Shown here piece after piece: positions 14,460 to 22,653 of a stretch of DNA of 26,681 bases; the first letter of the stretch is position 1; each line of letters begins with the position of its first letter. The translations under genes and the position numbers were made by a program. The DNA lies in NCBI GenBank assembly GCA_964507075.1, contig CAZDOL010000009.1, positions 1-26,681 of the forward strand, in the 5' to 3' direction. The stretch comes from an uncultured Gammaproteobacteria bacterium. Lineage in GTDB: Bacteria; Patescibacteriota; Patescibacteriia; UBA2591; UBA6264. The notes beneath the pieces were generated by a model. That model saw only the letters and a list, made by a program, of their open reading frames with translations. It made no database searches and was not told where the DNA came from.

Positions 14460-16298
14460 ATGTGTGGAATTGTTGGCTATATTGGTCCCAAAAATGGAAT
14501 AAAAATTAGCATTAAAGGATTAAAACGATTGGAATATCGTGGTTATGATTCTGCTGGCTTGGCTGCTTTGTTTGGCAATAAAATTATTTGTCAAAAAACA
14601 AAAGGTAAGGTTGTTGTTTTAGAAAAGCAACTCTCTTTTGATTCTAAAGAAAGTCATTTGGTTATTGCTCATAATCGTTGGGCTACTCATGGAGAGCCTA
14701 ACAAAGATAACGCGCATCCGCATTTTGATTGTGATAAAAAAATATTTTTAGTTCATAACGGCGTTATTGAGAATTATCGTTCTTTAAAAAAGTGGTTAAT
14801 TAAAAAAGGGCACAAGTTTGAATCAGAAACAGACACAGAAGTGATAGCGCATTTAATAGAAGAATATTACGAGAATGATTTGTTAAAATCTGTCCAAAAA
14901 ACTTTAAGTTTACTGGAAGGTGCTTATGGGTTGGCAATTATTTGCGAGCAAGAGCCCGATAAATTAATTGTTGCTAAAAAGGGAAGTCCTTTGGCAATCG
15001 GCGTTTGCGACAAAGGGGAATATATTGTTGCCTCCGACCCAGTTGCTATTATTGAGCACACTAAAAAGGTTATCTATTTAGATGATGGCGAGATTGGCGT
15101 TTTAAGCCATAAAGGGATGAAGATAACAAATTCAAAAAATTTAAAAATTAAAAAAGAAATTCAAAATATTGAATGGGATTTAGCTAAAATAGAAAAAGAA
15201 GGATTTCCTCATTTTATGCTTAAGGAAATATTTAAACAGCCCGAGACAATTGCTAATGCATTTCGAGGTAGGGTTTTTAAAAAAGAAGGAATAATTAGAT
15301 TAGGGGGACTAAGCAAATGGCTTGATTTTATATCTCAATCTCCTCGAGTAGTTTTTTTGGCCTGTGGCACTTCTTGGCATGCTGGACTAATAGCTAAGTG
15401 TCTTTTTGAAAGCTTAGTTGGCATTTCAGGGAGCACTGAATATGCCTCTGAATTTAGATATTCTAACCAGCCTATTGATGAAAAAACATCTTATTTTGTC
15501 ATTAGTCAATCAGGAGAGACGGCCGACACCTTAGAATCATTAAGAAAGATAAAAAAAGAAGGTGGTCATGTTTTTGGCATTGTTAATGTAGTTGGCTCAA
15601 CAATCGCTCGCGAGTCAGATGCTGGCATTTATATTCATGCTGGACCAGAAATTGGGGTTGCCTCTACAAAGGCGTTTACTTCACAGATTACCTTGTTCTC
15701 AATTTTGTCATTATTTTTGGGTTTTAAAAAAGGACTAATAAGAAAAGGACAGCTCATAAAATATATTTCGGCATTGGAAAAACTTCCCCAACAGGTTGAA
15801 GAAATTTTATCAGATAATAAAAAGATTCAAGCAATTGCTGAAAAATATTATAAATTTAAAAATGTTTTATATTTGGGTAGGGGATATAATTTTCCGACAG
15901 CTTTAGAGGGGGCATTAAAATTAAAAGAGATTTCTTATATTCATGCCGAAGGTTATCCAGCGGCGGAGATAAAACATGGCCCCATTGCTTTAATTGACAA
16001 AGATATGCCAGTTGTGGTAATTGCTACTAACAAAGAGGACTTGATTTATCAAAAAATAATAACCAATATAGAAGAAATAAAAGCCAGAGGAGGAAATATT
16101 TTAATTATAGCTAACAAAGGAGACAAAACTATTAAACGTTTGTCCAGTCAAATAATTTATGTTCCCGAAACGGTTGATTTTCTTTCCCCAATATTAAATG
16201 TTATTCCCTTGCAGTTATTGTCTTATTATATTGCTGTAAAGCGTGGGTGTGATGTAGATAAACCACGTAATTTAGCCAAAAGCGTTACAGTAGAATAA
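14460..16298 (+). CDS. glmS: Glutamine--fructose-6-phosphate aminotransferase (isomerizing)
   Basis: N-terminal MCGIVGY (Ntn Cys). Two SIS domains. C-terminal ...DKPRNLAKSVTVE. Confidence 0.95.
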   Translation: MCGIVGYIGPKNGIKISIKGLKRLEYRGYDSAGLAALFGNKIICQKTKGKVVVLEKQLSFDSKESHLVIAHNRWATHGEPNKDNAHPHFDCDKKIFLVHNGVIENYRSLKKWLIKKGHKFESETDTEVIAHLIEEYYENDLLKSVQKTLSLLEGAYGLAIICEQEPDKLIVAKKGSPLAIGVCDKGEYIVASDPVAIIEHTKKVIYLDDGEIGVLSHKGMKITNSKNLKIKKEIQNIEWDLAKIEKEGFPHFMLKEIFKQPETIANAFRGRVFKKEGIIRLGGLSKWLDFISQSPRVVFLACGTSWHAGLIAKCLFESLVGISGSTEYASEFRYSNQPIDEKTSYFVISQSGETADTLESLRKIKKEGGHVFGIVNVVGSTIARESDAGIYIHAGPEIGVASTKAFTSQITLFSILSLFLGFKKGLIRKGQLIKYISALEKLPQQVEEILSDNKKIQAIAEKYYKFKNVLYLGRGYNFPTALEGALKLKEISYIHAEGYPAAEIKHGPIALIDKDMPVVVIATNKEDLIYQKIITNIEEIKARGGNILIIANKGDKTIKRLSSQIIYVPETVDFLSPILNVIPLQLLSYYIAVKRGCDVDKPRNLAKSVTVE

Positions 16299-16306
16299 GG
16301 AATGTT

Positions 16307-17755
16307 ATGACTTCGTCTAAAATATTTTTTTATTGCTTGTTCTCTTTTGTTTTAGGCATAGGATTAGCATCTTTTTTGTTCATTTCTTCTTTTTTCCTAT
16401 ATTTTGCGACAACAATACTATTATTAATATTAATTTTCATAAGCAAGAAAGCTAAGATTTATTTTTTTATCTTTCTTTTTTTCTTTATAGGAATTGTTTA
16501 TTATCAATTTAGAGAAGAAACAATAGACGAGAATCATATTGCTTTTTTCAATGACGAAAAAGTTGTTTTTCAGGGCAAGGTGATTAAAGAAATAGATGAG
16601 CGCCTTGATAAAATTAAAATTACGCTTGGCAATATTGTAATTGATGGCAAAGATTTAAAAGGTAAGATTTTAGTTAACGCCCCCCTATATTCTGATTATC
16701 AATATGGTGATGTATTAGAGGTAGAGTGTAAGACAGAGGGCCCAGAATTGATTGAGGGTTTTGATTATGGCAACTATTTATCTCGTTATGGAATTTATTC
16801 TGTTTGCTATTGGCCTAAAATTAGAATCATTGAAAAATCTAAGCAAAGTAGTATATACTCAAATATTTTAAAATTCAAAAAGAAAAGTTTGAATTTTATT
16901 ACAGCCAATTTTCCTGAACCCCAGGCAACTTTTTTGTCAGCAATATTATTAGGACTCAAAAAACAAATACCTTCTGATATGAGAAGCTGGTTTAGTTTAT
17001 CAGGCGTATCGCATCTTTTAGCGGTTTCTGGTCTCCATATCGCTATTTTAATTCAAGTTATCGCCATACTGCTGACAAATGTTTTTTTGATTAAACGACA
17101 AAAAGTTTTTTTGCCTACAATTTTTATTATATCATTATTCATTATTTTAATAGGAGCCCCTGCTTCTGCTATTCGCGCTGGCTTAATGGGCTTGGTTTTA
17201 TTATTAGCTCACAATATTGAACGTCCTTATTTATCCTTGAATTCTTTGGCTTTGATTGGAATATTAATGTTATTGATAAATCCAAAATTATTAATATTTG
17301 ATATTGGATTTCAATTATCTTTTTTAGCAGTTCTAGGTATTTGTCTTTTCTATAAATTATTTAATAAATGGTTTGAGAAAATACCTAATCATAGATTTTT
17401 TCCTTTGAGAAATTATTTAAGTATTACGCTCAGTGCCCAGATTTTGGTTCTACCATTGATTTTATATTACTTTGGTAATTTATCTTTAATAGCCCCAATT
17501 TCTAATCTTTTGATTTTATTGGTTATGCCTATAGTAATGTTACTGGGCTTTTTCTTTATATTTGCAAGCTTTATAAGTTTCTGGTTGGCTCAGATATTTT
17601 TTTGGCCAGTTTGGATTTTAATAACATATATTATTTTAATAGCAAAGATTTTGTCAGCTATTCCTTATTTATCTTTTGTGATTATGGGTTTTCCTTTATT
17701 AGCTGTATTATCCATATACATTTTATTGTTTTTACTCTTCATTAGATTGAAATAA
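16307..17755 (+). CDS. comEC: ComEC/Rec2-family DNA internalisation channel protein (DUF4131-like N-terminal OB region plus polytopic competence domain), lacking the C-terminal MBL domain
   Basis: Many TM helices. The SGVSHLLAVSGLHIAIL motif is typical of the ComEC competence domain. An N-terminal soluble insert lies between TM helices. Confidence 0.8.
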   Translation: MTSSKIFFYCLFSFVLGIGLASFLFISSFFLYFATTILLLILIFISKKAKIYFFIFLFFFIGIVYYQFREETIDENHIAFFNDEKVVFQGKVIKEIDERLDKIKITLGNIVIDGKDLKGKILVNAPLYSDYQYGDVLEVECKTEGPELIEGFDYGNYLSRYGIYSVCYWPKIRIIEKSKQSSIYSNILKFKKKSLNFITANFPEPQATFLSAILLGLKKQIPSDMRSWFSLSGVSHLLAVSGLHIAILIQVIAILLTNVFLIKRQKVFLPTIFIISLFIILIGAPASAIRAGLMGLVLLLAHNIERPYLSLNSLALIGILMLLINPKLLIFDIGFQLSFLAVLGICLFYKLFNKWFEKIPNHRFFPLRNYLSITLSAQILVLPLILYYFGNLSLIAPISNLLILLVMPIVMLLGFFFIFASFISFWLAQIFFWPVWILITYIILIAKILSAIPYLSFVIMGFPLLAVLSIYILLFLLFIRLK

Positions 17756-17785
17756 AAGTTTGGACACCGAGTGTCCAAACTTTTG
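17754..17785 (+). terminator. Rho-independent terminator-like hairpin between the two ComEC-derived genes
   Basis: AAAAGTTTGGACAC-CGA-GTGTCCAAACTTTTG overlaps the comEC stop codon. Confidence 0.65.
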
Positions 17786-17807
17786 CAAATAATAATAGTT
17801 TAATCAG

Positions 17808-18722
17808 ATGCGATTACATTTTTTTAACAAAAATAAGTCAGAAAAATCTAAAAAATTTGTATCAACTTCCATATTAATAATTGGGATATTATTTTTTGTT
17901 AATTTAATTATTTTAGGTTATTCTTTGTTTTTTGTTTCGCCAATTTCAACAGAATTGAGAGTTGTTTTTTTAGATGTAGGACAAGGAGATGCAATTTTAA
18001 TCCAAACCCCACAACAAAATATTCTTATAGATGGTGGTCCTGATAAAAATATTATTAGAAAATTAGACCAATATATCCCATTAACTAAACGGCATATTGA
18101 TTTAATGGTTTTAACTCATCCAGACGGCGATCACTTAATCGGATTGGTTGAAGTTTTACGGCGTTGGTCTGTTGGTGCAGTAGCGGAAAGTGGAATAAAA
18201 AGTTTCAATCCCGCTTACATTGAGTTTAACTCTTTAATTGAATCTAAAAATATTAAAAGGCATACCATTGATACTCCCCAAAGAATGGTTGTTAAAGATG
18301 ATTTATTTTTTGATTTTCTCTGGCCTTCCTCAAAAGAACTAATAGATGATAATGAAGGAGATTGCAATTTTCTTTCTTTGGTTGCGATGTTGAGCTATGA
18401 AGATAATGATTTTCTGCTTACTGGCGATGCCACCAAAGAAACCGAAGAAGAGTTAATATTACAAAACATAAACTTAAAAGCTGACGTTTTAAAAGCTGGT
18501 CATCATGGTTCAAAGTATTCTTCAACTATGGAATTTTTAAATAAAGTTGAGCCCGAATACGCGATTATTTCCGTGGGAGAAGATAATAACTTTGGTCATC
18601 CGAGCTTAAGAGTTTTAGATAATTTTAGGAAAATTAATGCTGAGGTATTGCGTACTGATGAAAAAGGTGATATAATATTTGAAAGTAATGATCAAAAGTT
18701 GACAGTAAAAACACAGAGGTAG
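17808..18722 (+). CDS. Membrane-anchored metallo-beta-lactamase-fold hydrolase, equivalent to the ComEC C-terminal MBL domain but encoded as a separate gene
   Basis: N-terminal TM helix. The motifs FLDVGQGDAILIQ, THPDGDHLIGL, GHHGS and FGHP fit the ComEC-type MBL (HxHxDH-like THPDGDH). Confidence 0.8.
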   Translation: MRLHFFNKNKSEKSKKFVSTSILIIGILFFVNLIILGYSLFFVSPISTELRVVFLDVGQGDAILIQTPQQNILIDGGPDKNIIRKLDQYIPLTKRHIDLMVLTHPDGDHLIGLVEVLRRWSVGAVAESGIKSFNPAYIEFNSLIESKNIKRHTIDTPQRMVVKDDLFFDFLWPSSKELIDDNEGDCNFLSLVAMLSYEDNDFLLTGDATKETEEELILQNINLKADVLKAGHHGSKYSSTMEFLNKVEPEYAIISVGEDNNFGHPSLRVLDNFRKINAEVLRTDEKGDIIFESNDQKLTVKTQR

Positions 18723-18743
18723 ATATCATTTATTATTTTGATT

Positions 18744-18772
18744 TGCCTTATTGTTTAAGGCATTTTGTTTTT
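18744..18772 (+). terminator. Rho-independent terminator after the MBL gene
   Basis: TGCCTTA-TTGT-TAAGGCA followed by TTTTGTTTTT. Confidence 0.65.
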
Positions 18773-18783
18773 AAATATTCTTT

Positions 18784-19248
18784 ATGGAAAGAACATTAAT
18801 TTTACTAAAGCCCGATGCTTTACAAAGAAATTTATTAGGACAAATTATAGTGCGTTTTGAAAACAAGGGCTTGAAGGTTGTGGGACTGAAAATGATGAAA
18901 TTAAGCGATGCTTTGTTGTCCGAACATTATGCTCATCATAAAGATAAGCCCTTTTTCAGAGATTTAGTTAATTTTATGGAGAGTGCTCCTGTAATAGCAA
19001 TTGCATTGGAGGGAATAGAGGCCGTTAATACTGTACGAATTCTTTGCGGGCCTACTTCTGGTCGCAAAGCTGATGTAGGTAGTATTCGTGGGGATTTTTC
19101 TATGAGTGGTCAACATAATATTATTCATGCTTCTGATTCTGTAGAGACAGCTACTAATGAAATTCAACGTTTTTTTCAAGAAGAAGAAATTTTTGAATAT
19201 AAAAAAATGGATTTGAGCGCTATTTATTCTCAAGAAGAATTGACATAA
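18784..19248 (+). CDS. ndk: Nucleoside-diphosphate kinase
   Basis: MERTLILLKPDA...; active-site His context NIIHASDS. Confidence 0.93.
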   Translation: MERTLILLKPDALQRNLLGQIIVRFENKGLKVVGLKMMKLSDALLSEHYAHHKDKPFFRDLVNFMESAPVIAIALEGIEAVNTVRILCGPTSGRKADVGSIRGDFSMSGQHNIIHASDSVETATNEIQRFFQEEEIFEYKKMDLSAIYSQEELT

Positions 19249-19283
19249 TATAGCTTTTGGGAAGAAATGTGGAAAAGTAAATC

Positions 19284-19312
19284 TTGCCAAAAAATTATTA
19301 ATAGGATATCAT
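19284..19312 (+). promoter_or_regulatory. Candidate promoter for tuf
   Basis: TTGCCA (19284-19289), a 17-nt spacer, then TATCAT (19307-19312). This would give a leader of about 170 nt before the tuf ATG. Confidence 0.35.
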
Positions 19313-19488
19313 TATTTATGAGCGAGCGAGCGAAAAGTAAATTCCTTTTCTTTTCCGAGCGAGCGAAATAAACAAAGGGTTTATTATCCTTTATTACTGT
19401 TTAATAAAATTAAAATAATTTCGCGATTGCTGTTATTCTTTTATTAATAATTAATTATTCAGCACGCGGAAATAATGAGGTAAATAAT

Positions 19489-20697
19489 ATGGCAGAAAAA
19501 GAAAAATTTGAAAGAGGCAAAACACATGTTAACGTGGGAACGATTGGTCACGTAGACCATGGCAAGACTACATTAACAGCAGCTATGTTAAAATGTTTAA
19601 AGTCCTCTGGCAAAAAGATTGACAAAGAAAGGACAGTAGACCAAATTGATAGCGCCCCAGAAGAAAAAGAAAGGGGAATCACTATTGCTTTGGCTCATGT
19701 TGAGTATGAAACTGACAAACGTCATTATGCTCATATTGATTGTCCTGGTCATGCTGATTATATTAAAAATATGATCACAGGCGCCGCTCAAATGGACGGC
19801 GCGATTTTAGTAATTTCGGCAACTGATGGACCTATGCCACAAACAAGAGAACATATCCTTTTGGCTCGCCAAGTTGGGGTTCCAGCTATAGTGGTTTTCT
19901 TAAATAAGACTGATATGGTAGAGGACAAAGAATTAATTGAATTAGTAAAAGAAGAGGTTAAGGATTTACTTAAGAAATATGAATATCCTGGTGACGAAAT
20001 TCCTATTATTGAAGGATCAGCGCTTAAGGCATTAGAATGTGGTTGTGGTAAAACAGATTGTCCTAATTGTGGTCCTATTTTAAAATTAATTGATTCCATA
20101 GATGAATATATTCCTGAACCCAAAAGAGACACTGATAAACCATTTTTAATGCCTATTGAAGATATCTTCTCAATTGAAGGAAGAGGCACCGTGGTTACTG
20201 GTAAGATTGAAAGAGGCAAGGTAAAAATCAACCAAGAGGTGGAAATTGTTGGTTTAAGGCCAACCAAAAAAACAGTAGTAACTGGAATAGAAATGTTTAG
20301 AAAATCATTAGACGAAGGTTTGGCTGGCGATAATGCGGGTATTCTTTTAAGAGGTACTAAAAAAGACGAAATAGAAAGAGGTCAAGTTTTAGCCGTACCT
20401 GGAACTGTAACGCCTCATACTGAATTTGAAGGCAAATCTTATATTCTTTCTAAAGATGAAGGTGGTCGTCACACCCCATTTTTTAATGGTTACAAACCTC
20501 AGTTTTATATTCGTACCACAGACGTAACTGGTGAAGCAGATTTACAGAAAGGAACTGAAATGGCAATGCCTGGTGATACCTTAAATCTTATCATCAAACT
20601 GTCTAAACCTATTGCTCTTGAGGAGCAACAAAGATTTGCCATCAGAGAAGGTAGTCGCACTGTTGGAGCAGGAGTAGTTACCAAGATAATCAAATAA
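19489..20697 (+). CDS. tuf: Elongation factor Tu, with a Cys4 insertion in the variable loop of domain I
   Basis: [14 protein letters not shown] and NKTD GTPase motifs. GAGG SD-like sequence at 19476-19479, nine nt upstream of the ATG. Insertion [13 protein letters not shown]. Confidence 0.97.
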   Translation: MAEKEKFERGKTHVNVGTIGHVDHGKTTLTAAMLKCLKSSGKKIDKERTVDQIDSAPEEKERGITIALAHVEYETDKRHYAHIDCPGHADYIKNMITGAAQMDGAILVISATDGPMPQTREHILLARQVGVPAIVVFLNKTDMVEDKELIELVKEEVKDLLKKYEYPGDEIPIIEGSALKALECGCGKTDCPNCGPILKLIDSIDEYIPEPKRDTDKPFLMPIEDIFSIEGRGTVVTGKIERGKVKINQEVEIVGLRPTKKTVVTGIEMFRKSLDEGLAGDNAGILLRGTKKDEIERGQVLAVPGTVTPHTEFEGKSYILSKDEGGRHTPFFNGYKPQFYIRTTDVTGEADLQKGTEMAMPGDTLNLIIKLSKPIALEEQQRFAIREGSRTVGAGVVTKIIK

Positions 20698-20725
20698 AAG
20701 GAGCTCTCTCAAAAAATTTGATATT

Positions 20726-21088
20726 ATGACAAAAAAGATTCAAGACCAAAAGAAAAAACAGATTGAAAAGGATAAATCTGACTATAAACCCCGTATTCGC
20801 ATTAAGGTAAAATCTTACGATCACAGAGTTATTGATGAAGCATTAAAAGAAATTATTTCCGCCGTCAGTCGTTCTGGCGCAAAAATAGTAGGACCAATTT
20901 TTTTACCGACTATTAAAAGGAAATATACTGTTCTTCGTTCATCTTTTGTTCATAAGAACTCACAAGATCAGTTTGAGAAAAGAACTCATAATCGGTTAAT
21001 TGATATTGTGAATTTTAACCCTCAGACTTTAGAGGTTTTAAGGAGTTTGAATTTACCGGCTGGAGTAGACGTAGAAATAAAGATGTAA
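20726..21088 (+). CDS. rpsJ: 30S ribosomal protein S10 (with an N-terminal K-rich extension of roughly 18 aa)
   Basis: The core RIRIKVKSYDHRVIDEALKEI...RSSFVHKNSQDQFEKRTHNRLIDI matches S10. Confidence 0.93.
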   Translation: MTKKIQDQKKKQIEKDKSDYKPRIRIKVKSYDHRVIDEALKEIISAVSRSGAKIVGPIFLPTIKRKYTVLRSSFVHKNSQDQFEKRTHNRLIDIVNFNPQTLEVLRSLNLPAGVDVEIKM

Positions 21089-21223
21089 AATTGAATTAAT
21101 AAAAGGTTTTTACTTACCATTGATAACCGTTTGTTGAATAACAAATGAAGTGTTAAGGGGAATTAATTACCTGGGGAGAAAAATTTTCATTAATTTAAAT
21201 CAGACAAAATAGAATAATAAATA

Positions 21224-21272
21224 AGCCGGATTTGTAACCGGTCTCTAAGGGTCTGGTTCTCTGGCTTTTTTT
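21224..21272 (+). terminator. Intrinsic-terminator-like long hairpin plus T7 tract inside the 217-nt rpsJ-rplC spacer
   Basis: AGCCGGA...AACCGGTCTC-TAA-GGGTCTGGTT.TCTGGCT is followed by TTTTTT(T). The outer helix is 7 bp and the inner helix about 9 bp, with G-U pairs and one mismatch. Confidence 0.55.
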
Positions 21273-21305
21273 ATTGAATATTTTTTATAACATTAAATAC
21301 AAGGT

Positions 21306-21905
21306 ATGAAATTTATTCTGGGAAGAAAAATAGAAATGACTCAAATATTTCAGGGAGAGAAGGTTGTTCCAGTAACTAAAATAAAAGCTGGGCCCTGTTT
21401 TGTTACTCAAATAAAAGAAAATAAATTTGAGGACGAATCATATTTTACTATTCAGATTGGATTTGAAAAGGCAAATCAAAAGAAGGTAAAAAAACCGCAA
21501 AAGTATATTCCTCATAAACATTTATCAGAGTATAAAACTTTAGAAAAAAATGAACTCAAAGTTGGTGACGAAATAAGAGTTAACATTTTTGAGAAAGGCC
21601 AGAAAGTTGATTTAAGGGGCATATCTAAGGGTAAAGGTTTTCAAGGAGTAGTTAAAAGACATGGATTTCATGGTTCTCCCGCTAGTCATGGCCACAAAGA
21701 TCAACTGAGAATGCCGGGTTCAATTGGTTCTACTGACGCTGGTAGAGTTTTTAGGGGCAAAAAAATGGGAGGCAGAATGGGCGGACAAAGTGTGACCGCT
21801 AAGAATTTAGAAATTATAGATATCATCCCAAAAGAGAATTTATTGTTAGTAAAAGGAGCTGTCCCTGGAGCTAGAAATTCTTTAATAAAAATTATCCAAG
21901 TTTAA
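21306..21905 (+). CDS. rplC: 50S ribosomal protein L3
   Basis: GKGFQGVVKRHGFHG...MPGSIG...RVFRGKKMGGRMGG. Confidence 0.95.
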   Translation: MKFILGRKIEMTQIFQGEKVVPVTKIKAGPCFVTQIKENKFEDESYFTIQIGFEKANQKKVKKPQKYIPHKHLSEYKTLEKNELKVGDEIRVNIFEKGQKVDLRGISKGKGFQGVVKRHGFHGSPASHGHKDQLRMPGSIGSTDAGRVFRGKKMGGRMGGQSVTAKNLEIIDIIPKENLLLVKGAVPGARNSLIKIIQV

Positions 21906-21916
21906 ATTTAATTTAT

Positions 21917-22549
21917 ATGCCCACAGTTTCGGTTTATAATCAAAAAGGAGAATCAATAAAGCGCCAGAAATTAAGTAATCAAATTTTTGGTTGCAAATCT
22001 CAGAAAGACATTATTCATCAGGTAGTAGTTTTATCTTTGGCTAACAAAAGGCATCCTTTTGCTCATACCCTTAAGAAAGGAGATGTTCATGGAGGTGGCA
22101 AGAAGCCTTGGCGACAAAAAGGAACTGGTCGAGCTAGAGCTGGCTCTATTCGTTCCCCACTTTGGAGAGGAGGAGGAATTACTTTTGGGCCAGACAAAGA
22201 AAGAAATTATTCTAAAAAAATCAATAAAAAAATCAAAAGGAAAGCTATTTATATGTGTTTGTCCGACAAGGTTGAAAGTAAAAGATTATATGTCTTGGAT
22301 AAAATAGAATTATCAGAAATTAAAACTAAGAAATTTGTAGATATTTTAAATAAATTAATTCCAGAAAAAAATAAAAAAATTCTTCTAGCCTTAGAGAGTA
22401 ATAATAAAAATATTATTAAATCCGCGCACAATATTGAAAAACTTCGCACAATGCCCGTTGAAAGTTTAAATGTTTTGGATTTATTAAAAGCAGACTATTT
22501 AGTTACAACTATAGAAGGGATTAAAAAAATAGAAAAACACTATGTCTAG
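21917..22549 (+). CDS. rplD: 50S ribosomal protein L4
   Basis: GGGKKPWRQKGTGRARAGSIRSPLWRGGGITFGP. Confidence 0.95.
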   Translation: MPTVSVYNQKGESIKRQKLSNQIFGCKSQKDIIHQVVVLSLANKRHPFAHTLKKGDVHGGGKKPWRQKGTGRARAGSIRSPLWRGGGITFGPDKERNYSKKINKKIKRKAIYMCLSDKVESKRLYVLDKIELSEIKTKKFVDILNKLIPEKNKKILLALESNNKNIIKSAHNIEKLRTMPVESLNVLDLLKADYLVTTIEGIKKIEKHYV

Positions 22550-22553
22550 AGAC

Positions 22554-22649
22554 ATCAGGTACTTGGGTAATCAGGTACTTGGGTAATCAGGATTTTAATT
22601 ATTTAATTTACCCAATTAACCAATTAACCAAGCACCCAATTAACCAATT
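22554..22649. repeat. Tandem and interspersed short repeats in the rplD-rplW spacer
   Basis: The 16-nt unit ATCAGGTACTTGGGTA is present in 2.4 copies (22554-22591). CCCAATTAACCAATT occurs at 22611-22625 and 22635-22649. TTGGGTAA (22579-22586) is complementary to TTACCCAA (22608-22615). Confidence 0.85.
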
Positions 22650-22653
22650 CAAT

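Noticed and set aside
19788-20267. 159-aa minus-strand ORF inside tuf. Other minus-strand or alternative-frame ORFs in the track fall in the same class: 938-1141, 978-1160, 1609-1791, 2080-2286, 4545-4769, 6595-7079, 7717-8106, 11316-11507, 11717-11905, 13464-13736, 18964-19290, 19597-19791, 20505-20693, 22059-22307, 22249-22449, 23652-23936, 24189-24380 and 25321-25545
   Set aside because: All of them overlap strongly supported conserved genes, have no recognisable motifs, and are of a length expected by chance in AT-rich DNA that is depleted of stops on the antisense strand.
21089-21223. The first part of the long rpsJ-rplC spacer as a possible small RNA gene or a fifth copy of the repeat element
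   Set aside because: It has no similarity to the element's hairpin module, core inverted repeats or right arm. I could draw only a small local hairpin (TTTGTT-GAAT-AACAAA), which is not enough to call an RNA gene.
22579-22653. The TTG start at 22579 given by the ORF track for rplW
   Set aside because: This region is made of tandem and interspersed spacer repeats. The first ATG (22654) is a more plausible start, although the true start remains uncertain.
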